Positions 26,862 through 33,752 of a stretch of 33,752 bases of DNA are shown one piece after another. Origin of the DNA: Candidatus Woesearchaeota archaeon (lineage in GTDB: Archaea; Nanobdellota; Nanobdellia; Woesearchaeales; JAADFO01); contig JAFGPE010000046.1 in NCBI GenBank assembly GCA_016926055.1, positions 1 to 33,752 of the forward strand, written 5' to 3'. The notes beneath the pieces were generated by a model that worked only from the letters and a program-made list of their open reading frames with translations, made no database searches and was not told where the DNA came from. The translations under genes and the position numbers were made by a program. Within the stretch, counting starts at the first letter, position 1. Each line of letters begins with the position of its first letter.

Positions 26862-28073
26862 ATGGTAAAGAGAAACAAAAACATGGAGAAGCTTATTTCA
26901 GGGTATCTCTTCCCTGAGATAAACAAGCGGAAGAAGGCTTTGCTTGAGATGAATCCAAAAGCAAAAATCATTAGCCTCGGTATTGGAAATACGACTCAGC
27001 CATTGACTTCGCATGTTGTAAGCGCGCTTAAGGAAGCTTCCGTTGCAATGGGAACAAAGGAAGGGTATTCTGGCTATGGGGACGAGCAAGGGCTGCCTGC
27101 GCTGAGAAAGAAGATTTCTGAAACGCTGTACAATGGAACAATCGGAGCGGACGAAGTGTTTATCTCTGACGGCGCAAAGTGCGATATCGGAAGACTGCAA
27201 CTGATGTTTGGCCATGACGTGAGCATTGCTGTACAGGACCCGTCATACCCCGTCTATGTCGACGGAAGCGTAATAATCGGAGCAACAGGCAAGAGCAAGG
27301 ATGGGCAGTTTGAGAAAATCCATTACATGAAGTGCCTGCCAGAAAATGATTTCTTTCCAAAACTCGAAAAGAAAACAGACCTGATATACTTCTGCTCGCC
27401 GAATAACCCAACGGGAGCAGCATCAACCAGGGAGCAGCTGAATGAGCTTGTTGAATTTGCGAGGAAGAACAACTCAATCATTATTTTTGATGCTGCATAT
27501 TCTGAATTCATCAAGGACAAAAAAATTCCTAAAACAATCTTTGATATAGAAGGGGCAAAAGACGTCGCGATTGAGGTCAATTCATTCTCAAAGACAGCAG
27601 GATTTACAGGAGTAAGACTTGGATGGTGCATTGTGCCGAAGGGGCTGAAGTACAGCGACGGCTCTCCTGTGATAAATGACTGGAACCGTATAATGACGAC
27701 AGTATTTAATGGCGCATCAAATATTGTGCAGAAGGCAGGGCTTGCAATACTTGACAAAAAAGGATGGAAGGAAACAAAAAAATTGATCGATTATTACATG
27801 AAAAACGCAGAAATTATTAAAAAAGGTCTTGATGAGATGGGAATAGAGAATTATGGCGGAGTAAACGCACCATATGTGTGGGCAAGATTTCCAGGCAAGA
27901 AGTCGTGGGATGTTTTTTCTGAAATGCTTGATAATGCGCACGTCGTTACAACACCCGGTTCTGGCTTTGGTCCTGCCGGCGAGGGCTTCATAAGGTTCTC
28001 TTCATTCGGAAACAAGGAGGACACAATAGAAGCGATGAAAAGGGTGAAAGAAATAAAGATAATGAAAAAATAA
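26862..28073 (+). CDS. dapL: LL-diaminopimelate aminotransferase
   Basis: GYLFPEI, GYGDEQG, SDGAKCD, CSPNNPTG and SFSKTAGFTGVRLG. Confidence 0.96.
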   Translation: MVKRNKNMEKLISGYLFPEINKRKKALLEMNPKAKIISLGIGNTTQPLTSHVVSALKEASVAMGTKEGYSGYGDEQGLPALRKKISETLYNGTIGADEVFISDGAKCDIGRLQLMFGHDVSIAVQDPSYPVYVDGSVIIGATGKSKDGQFEKIHYMKCLPENDFFPKLEKKTDLIYFCSPNNPTGAASTREQLNELVEFARKNNSIIIFDAAYSEFIKDKKIPKTIFDIEGAKDVAIEVNSFSKTAGFTGVRLGWCIVPKGLKYSDGSPVINDWNRIMTTVFNGASNIVQKAGLAILDKKGWKETKKLIDYYMKNAEIIKKGLDEMGIENYGGVNAPYVWARFPGKKSWDVFSEMLDNAHVVTTPGSGFGPAGEGFIRFSSFGNKEDTIEAMKRVKEIKIMKK

Positions 28074-28091
28074 AATAATAAATATTCATCA

Positions 28092-29324
28092 CTATTCCTT
28101 GTATTCTAGTTGAAATTGTTTTCCGGAAGCGACGTTTCTGTATAAACCGCAGTTATTTTCGGATTTGAGCTCATCAAACTTCTTCTTTGCCAATTCATAA
28201 GTTACATAATAGAATTTTTTTGAATTATTTGTTCCTGGCTCGATGCACACTTCATAAAAGACAGGATAATCATCTGGAATCAAACGGTTCATCATAGGAT
28301 CTAGCTTAATGCCGATCTCCTCAAGTCCATTGTCTCGATAAAATGATGCTATTTCATTTATCTGGCTTGAGCTTTTCAATTCTTCTCTGTGGAAATTATA
28401 AAAGTCTGTTAAAGAAACCTTCATCTCTTCATCTGTTCTCCAAAAAATATAATCGCTACCTAGAAAATCAATAAATAACTTATAAATCGGATCTGAATCA
28501 GAGGTAGCAGTTGGTGCACTAAATTCAACACTATATTTCGGGAACCTTGTCTTATCGCTGACAATTCCTTTTGAATCATATTCAATAATCCTTGCTAAAT
28601 CTCCAAATTCAGAAGTTTTCGATGATATTGGAAACTCCCATATTGAGATTATTACTTTGCCTGTTGAATTGTTTTTCAGATTCAACAAGGCTTCAAAATT
28701 AATGCGCGCAAGGGTGTTATCCTTTTCGTCAATATATGCAAGAGTAGCACTGTTGCAATAATCACCGGTACTTGTATAATCAGTTTTGTGTTTCATATCT
28801 TTAAAAGGTATACTAACCGAATCAGATTCCAGTTTTGAGATCATATTCTCCAGCTCTTCATTTTCAGTCAATATTCCTGTTGGGAAGTTCAGCAATAAGT
28901 TCCTTAAACCTTGTTTATACGAAGTATATGGTTCTGAGATATGTGGGGCAATATCCTTCGGATTATCAAGATCTTGGATCATTTGGATAAGGGACTCCTC
29001 AAACTCTAAATCGTTTGGTTGACCTTGTTTTCTCCTTGTAGCATTCAGATGAATGCAAACATTAAGAAAGAGCTTGTCTTCTAACATTTTTGAAGTTCTG
29101 TTTTGCAGTAAAGCTTTAGTAGCACCTAGGGTGCCTGCGTGACTTAAAACAGGATAATAGTCGGTGTATACCGATACTAAACCTTCAGGATGTACTTTTG
29201 CAAGTTGTATGAGATCCAGAGCTTCGATTGCATCAGATATCGGAACTGAAACAGTTTTTTCCGGATTTGACTGGAACACATATAGGTAATCACTTGATTT
29301 ATTAGTTGTAGTTAAGGCACTCAT
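28092..29324 (-). CDS. Hypothetical protein, no family recognised
   Basis: 410-aa AT-rich ORF with a TTTATAAA box about 25 nt upstream. Confidence 0.75.
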   Translation of the reverse strand: MSALTTTNKSSDYLYVFQSNPEKTVSVPISDAIEALDLIQLAKVHPEGLVSVYTDYYPVLSHAGTLGATKALLQNRTSKMLEDKLFLNVCIHLNATRRKQGQPNDLEFEESLIQMIQDLDNPKDIAPHISEPYTSYKQGLRNLLLNFPTGILTENEELENMISKLESDSVSIPFKDMKHKTDYTSTGDYCNSATLAYIDEKDNTLARINFEALLNLKNNSTGKVIISIWEFPISSKTSEFGDLARIIEYDSKGIVSDKTRFPKYSVEFSAPTATSDSDPIYKLFIDFLGSDYIFWRTDEEMKVSLTDFYNFHREELKSSSQINEIASFYRDNGLEEIGIKLDPMMNRLIPDDYPVFYEVCIEPGTNNSKKFYYVTYELAKKKFDELKSENNCGLYRNVASGKQFQLEYKE

Positions 29325-29394
29325 GAAGCGCGTTAATTGTCATCTATTTATAAAGTTTTTCACATGTAGTCACTATTGAATAGCGAATTTCCAA

Positions 29395-29997
29395 TCATTC
29401 GTCTGTAAAGTCTTCAAGGGTCGCCTTGAATTCTTCGGCGCTGGCTATCTTTCCCGTCAGGAGAAGATATTCCCTTGCAAGAACGTAGAACAGTAAGCCA
29501 AGGCTTTTCTTTCCCTTGTTGTTACACGGGACAACCAAATCAATGTTGTTTGTCTGGTTGTTTGTGTCGCACAGCGCAATTACAGGAATACCTATCCTCA
29601 TGGCATCGTTAATTGCATTCCTGTCTGGCCAGGAATCTGTTACCATAATCAGCTTAGTTTCAGTGTATGTCTTAAGGACGGGATTTGTAAGTATTCCAGG
29701 AGGATATCTCCCTGCAAACACCCTTATTCCTGTCACTTCACCGAACTTCTTCACTGCCTTCCAGCTGTTCTCTCTCCTGCTAACAACCATGATATCCCCG
29801 GGATCGTAGTGGGACATGAATGTAGACATGACTCTTATCCTTTCGTCAATCTTCTGCAGATTTAAGACAGATAATCCATCCGCCCTTGTCTTGTAGATGA
29901 ATGCATCCATGTACTTTGTCCTGAACTTTGTTCCGATATGTATGCCTGATTTGAGGTATATGTCCTGAGGCACCAAAAATTGTTCTTCTGTCGCCAT
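29395..29997 (-). CDS. rps2: 30S ribosomal protein uS2 (archaeal)
   Basis: YLKSGIHIGT, GRYPPGILTNP and PCNNKGKKSL; SD GGTGA. Confidence 0.97.
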   Translation of the reverse strand: MATEEQFLVPQDIYLKSGIHIGTKFRTKYMDAFIYKTRADGLSVLNLQKIDERIRVMSTFMSHYDPGDIMVVSRRENSWKAVKKFGEVTGIRVFAGRYPPGILTNPVLKTYTETKLIMVTDSWPDRNAINDAMRIGIPVIALCDTNNQTNNIDLVVPCNNKGKKSLGLLFYVLAREYLLLTGKIASAEEFKATLEDFTDE

Positions 29998-30021
29998 ATT
30001 TTCACCTTTAACCCTTAAGCA

Positions 30022-30095
30022 GCAATAGAAATCCTATCGCTTGCCGTATTATCACCCGGCAGCGCACAAGAGAACTTTGCCTCTTGCTGGGTAAT
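30022..30095 (-). ncRNA. Structured 5' leader of rps2
   Basis: On the minus strand: stems ATTACCC/GGGTGAT, CAAGAG/CTCTTG and GCGATAG/CTATTGC. TATA TTTAAATA at 30116-23. Confidence 0.55.
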
Positions 30096-30172
30096 GTAGC
30101 ATAGAAACAGGGGTTTATTTAAAAATGTATCGAAAAAAAAGATTTATAATTAAATCCAGATTGCCTTATTGC

Positions 30173-30999
30173 ATGACTGAAGGGTTTATTGCTCCATGTA
30201 GTGAACAATATGGTTGCTCTCCGGATAAGTTAAAACTTTATTCAAGAGACACTGGTAAAGTTGATTTTGTTATATGCGAAGATTGCGGCATCATCTGGAG
30301 AGACCTAGCAACTTGCTCACAAGAAAGAACATATGATGACAATTACTTTAACAGAATGGGCTATGAGAAAGAAAGAAAACATAAAGTTAAGAGAGCTCAT
30401 CTGCTGCTTGCCTTGCTGGAGCAATTTGTTCAGCCAGGCAGATTGTTGGAAGTTGGCTGTGGGCCAGGGTATAATCTTGAGGCAGCCATGGAAAGAGGAT
30501 GGAAAAGCGAAGGGTTGGATATAAGCGAGCATGTTGTTAAACTTTGCAAAGAAAGAAGCTTGGATGTTGAAATGGGAGATTTCAGCAATAACGACAAAGC
30601 TTCTGGCAGCTACGATGCAATATTTCTAAGACACATCCTGGAACACTACAAAGACCCTTTCTCTGCCTTGAACAAAGTATGGGATTTGCTAAAGCACGGG
30701 GGATATTTGCAAATAATCATTCCTAATGCAGAACATAGAAAAGCTAGGCTTCTTAAAGACAAATACAAATTTTATAACTACGATTTTAATGGCACAGAGC
30801 ATTATGTTTATTTCACCCGGAAAACTCTGAAGAACATTCTTAAACATTGCGCTTTGAGCAAATTCAGGAAAATTACCCTGTGCTTGTAAAGGGCGACAAT
30901 TCTCCAGCATCAATAACTCAAAGAGTTTTGAGGCATTCTTTGTCCATTCCAGACATGGATCAAGAGCTTATTGTTATTGCAAAAAAAGTAGAAAAATAA
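30173..30999 (+). pseudogene. Class I SAM-dependent methyltransferase with a 1-nt frameshift near 30851
   Basis: LEVGCGPG, GLDIS and HILEH motifs. Adding one G gives ...LKHCGFEQ...ELIVIAKKVEK*, ending at 30999. Confidence 0.75.
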
Positions 31000-31030
31000 T
31001 GAAACTAATTACAGACATCATTGGATTACC

Positions 31031-31072
31031 ATTTGTTCTATTTAGAACAAATTTGTTCATATTGTGCCAAAT
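31031..31072. promoter_or_regulatory. Tandem palindromic operator upstream of the lysW operon
   Basis: Perfect ATTTGTTCTA-TT-TAGAACAAAT(31031-52) plus a degenerate copy 20 bp downstream. TATA TTTAAATA at 31086-93. Confidence 0.7.
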
Positions 31073-31135
31073 GGGTCGATATTTTTTTAAATAGAGGCTT
31101 ACATTCAGACTTTTTTCAATTAGGAGGTATGAAAA

Positions 31136-31300
31136 ATGGTTGAATGTGAAATGTGTGGATTCGAGATAACAGTTGAAAAAAATGCAGCGGTAGGGGAACT
31201 TGTGGCTTGCGGGCAATGCGGCCAGGAGTTCGAGATTACAGGGGTTAATCCACTGAAGCTCAGTAAAGCGCCAGAAACCGAAGAGGACTTTGGAGAATAA
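31136..31300 (+). CDS. lysW: Amino-group carrier protein LysW/ArgW (54 aa, absent from the ORF track)
   Basis: MVECEMCG...CGQCG...APETEEDFGE*: two CxxC and a C-terminal ED(F)GE; SD GGAGGT. Confidence 0.93.
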   Translation: MVECEMCGFEITVEKNAAVGELVACGQCGQEFEITGVNPLKLSKAPETEEDFGE

Positions 31301-31366
31301 GACGCTTTTTTTAATTGATTAAAAATAAAAATGATTGGAACCTCTAACGCTTTTTAAGGGATTAAA

Positions 31367-32215
31367 ATGAAAATCGGGCTATTATATACGATAATGAGAA
31401 AGGAGGAATGCCTCATAGAGGAAGCGCTGAAAAAGCTTGGCGCTGAAGTTGAGAAGATTGACGATAAATCAGTTCTTTGCAATCCAAATCCTTTTGAAGT
31501 AAAAAAGCCAGACTTCGACCTGGTTCTGTCCAGAAATGTGTCGCAGCAGCGTGCATTTTACTCGACAAAATTTTATGAGAGTATCGGCCTAAGAACTATT
31601 AATTCAAGTGAGACATTATTTATTTGCGGAGACAAGTTTCTCACAAATCATGCCATTGCCGCAAAAAAGATAAAGGTGCCGAAGGCGATGCTTACTTTGC
31701 ACGAGGACATGGCGATGAATGTAATAGAGAAATTCGGCTATCCTTGCGTGATAAAGCCTGTTGTGGGCTCATGGGGAAGGCTAATCGCAAAGATTGACAC
31801 CAGAGATGCTGCAGAATCGATAATAGAGCACAAGGCAACACTTGGAAGCTATCATCATTCGATATTCTACATCCAGGAGTATATTGATAAGCCGGGAAGG
31901 GACATAAGGGCAATGGTCATAGGGGAAGAGGTTGTTGGCGCCATTTACAGGAACTCGAAGAGCTTCAGGACAAACACGAGCCTAGGAGCAAAAGCAACTG
32001 CCTGCCCGCTGACAGAAGAGTTGAAAGAACTTTCAACCAAAGCTGCAAATGCTGTTAAAGGCGATATTGTCTCAGTCGACCTGTTCGAGACAAAAGAAGG
32101 GTTAGTGGTAAATGAGGTCAATGGCGTTACTGAATTCAGGAACAGCATGGATGTTTATCAGGTCAATGTCGCTGAAAAGATGGCACAATATATTGTGGGA
32201 GTGCTGAAAAAATGA
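31367..32215 (+). CDS. lysX: LysW-glutamate/aminoadipate ligase (LysX/ArgX, ATP-grasp)
   Basis: KPVVGSWGRL, QEYIDKPGRDIR and EVNGVTEF; follows lysW. Confidence 0.92.
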   Translation: MKIGLLYTIMRKEECLIEEALKKLGAEVEKIDDKSVLCNPNPFEVKKPDFDLVLSRNVSQQRAFYSTKFYESIGLRTINSSETLFICGDKFLTNHAIAAKKIKVPKAMLTLHEDMAMNVIEKFGYPCVIKPVVGSWGRLIAKIDTRDAAESIIEHKATLGSYHHSIFYIQEYIDKPGRDIRAMVIGEEVVGAIYRNSKSFRTNTSLGAKATACPLTEELKELSTKAANAVKGDIVSVDLFETKEGLVVNEVNGVTEFRNSMDVYQVNVAEKMAQYIVGVLKK

Positions 32216-33258
32216 CACTGAAGGTATCGATAATAGGGGCATCAGGGTATGTTGGAGGGGAGCTGATAAGGCTCCTGTTGCAACATCCTGAAGTTGAAAT
32301 TGTTCAGGCTACATCTCAGAGATATGCCGGAAAGTTTGTGCATAAATTGAATCCGAATCTGAGAAAAAGAACGCTGATGAAATTCTCTGATAATTCCAAG
32401 CTCGAAAGCGTTGATGTTATGTTCCTTGCCCTGCCTCACGGCATCGGGATGAACAAGATTGATGAGTTCATGAAGGCTGGCTCGAAGATAGTTGACCTGA
32501 GCTCCGACTTCAGAATAAAAAACAAGGATGAATATCCAATATGGTATGGCCATGAGCATCCAAGGCCCGAGCTATTAAATAAATTTGTATATGGCATTCC
32601 GGAGATTCACAGGGAGGAGTTGAAAAAAGCGCAGTATGTCTCGAAGGCAGGTTGCCTTGCGGCAGCATCGATTCTTGGTCTATATCCCTTGTTCAAGAAC
32701 AAGCTGGTGGAAACTGAAAACATTGTCGTTGAAGTAAAAACAGGGAGTTCTGGCGGCGGAAATAAGCCATCTCTTTCAACACATCATCCTGAAAGAAGCA
32801 ATGTCATAAGGTCATTTAGGCCGACGATGCACAGGCATACTGCTGAAATTGAGCAGGAACTAACCTTTGGCGAGAAGCCGAAGATAGATTTCTCTGCTAC
32901 CTCGGTTGACATTGTAAGGGGGATTCTCTCAACTGCACATGTCCGTCTAATAAACCCTGAGACGGCAGAAAAGGATATCTGGAAGGCATACCGCCAGGAA
33001 TATGAGAAGGAACCATTTGTAAGAATGGTCAAGGAATCTGATTCAATATACCCTTACCCTGAGCCAAAGATTCTCATGGGTACAAATTACTGCGATGTTG
33101 GCTTTGAGAAGGATTCGCGCGGAAAAAGGCTTGTCGTCATTAGCGCGCTTGACAATCTGGTAAAGGGGTCTGCTGGCCAAGCTGTACAGGCTTTCAATAT
33201 AATGTGCGGCTTCAAGGAAGAGACAGCTCTTGAATTCCCGGGCCTCCATCCGGTATAG
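32212..33258 (+). CDS. lysY: LysW-glutamyl/aminoadipyl-phosphate reductase (LysY/ArgC)
   Basis: GASGYVGGE, DLSSDFR, AGC, HHPER, HRH and DNLVKGSAGQA. Confidence 0.93.
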   Translation: MTLKVSIIGASGYVGGELIRLLLQHPEVEIVQATSQRYAGKFVHKLNPNLRKRTLMKFSDNSKLESVDVMFLALPHGIGMNKIDEFMKAGSKIVDLSSDFRIKNKDEYPIWYGHEHPRPELLNKFVYGIPEIHREELKKAQYVSKAGCLAAASILGLYPLFKNKLVETENIVVEVKTGSSGGGNKPSLSTHHPERSNVIRSFRPTMHRHTAEIEQELTFGEKPKIDFSATSVDIVRGILSTAHVRLINPETAEKDIWKAYRQEYEKEPFVRMVKESDSIYPYPEPKILMGTNYCDVGFEKDSRGKRLVVISALDNLVKGSAGQAVQAFNIMCGFKEETALEFPGLHPV

Positions 33259-33267
33259 GTAAACAAG

Positions 33268-33752
33268 ATGATTGTCATAAAGATTGGCGGCGGAAAGGAA
33301 ATCAACTATGATTTTGTACTGAAGGATTTTCTCAATCACCAGGATGCAATACTTGTCCACGGCGGAAATTATGAGATGAAGGTTGTCTCTGAAAAGCTGA
33401 ATGTGCCTGTCAAGATGATAACATCTGCATCAGGCATATCGAGCAGAAGGACTGACAGGGAAACAATGAATATATTCCAGATGGTTTATTGCGGAAAGAT
33501 GAACAAGATGATTGTGGAAAAGCTCCAGCAAAATGGTGTGAACGCAATAGGTCTTTCAGGAATGGACGGAAGGATTGTGGAAGGAAAGAGAAAGGATGCG
33601 ATAATAATTGTTGAAGAGGGAAAGAGAAAAGTGCTGAGGGATGATTTGTCAGGAAAGCCTGAAAAGGTTAATACTGATTTGCTGAAGATGCTCCTGAAGA
33701 ACAAATATGTTCCTGTTCTTTGTCCTCCTGCAATAAGCCACGACAATATGCC
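33268..33752 (+). CDS. lysZ: LysW-glutamate/aminoadipate kinase (LysZ/ArgB), runs off the window
   Basis: Manual translation MIVIKIGGG...LVHGG...SRRTD...GLSGMDG...DDLSGK; open to the window end. Confidence 0.9.
   Translation, partial: MIVIKIGGGKEINYDFVLKDFLNHQDAILVHGGNYEMKVVSEKLNVPVKMITSASGISSRRTDRETMNIFQMVYCGKMNKMIVEKLQQNGVNAIGLSGMDGRIVEGKRKDAIIIVEEGKRKVLRDDLSGKPEKVNTDLLKMLLKNKYVPVLCPPAISHDNM

Overview
Archaeal chromosomal window. Archaeal RNase J, RadB, uS2, PyrI, BHB-intron tRNAs and TATA/leaderless promoters support this; a DPANN/Woesearchaeota-like origin is only my inference from gene style. Most of it is biosynthetic: carAB, pyrB-pyrI-pyrD-pyrK-pyrC plus pyrE, a DAP-aminotransferase lysine cluster (lysC, lrp, dapB, dapA, asd, lysA, dapL) and the start of a LysW-carrier operon (lysW-lysX-lysY-lysZ, probably for ornithine/arginine). 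The most unusual part is 7540-9030, where a free-standing two-motif LAGLIDADG endonuclease with a strongly structured 5' leader lies between two tRNA-Leu genes. The first is tRNA-Leu(CAA) with two BHB introns, and its anticodon sits on a 7-nt micro-exon. The second is tRNA-Leu(CAG) with a D-loop intron. Each tRNA is preceded, at the expected transcription start, by a duplicate of its own 5' end: the first carries an additional well-formed 15/16 intron, the second a degenerate version. Other oddities are a radical SAM protein with a CX6CX2C motif, a three-gene coiled-coil paralog operon, two STT3-like proteins lacking WWDYG, a structured uS2 leader, several operator palindromes, an unannotated LysW ending in EDFGE, and two frameshifted genes. 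All calls come from reading the sequence by eye; no searches or folding programs were run.
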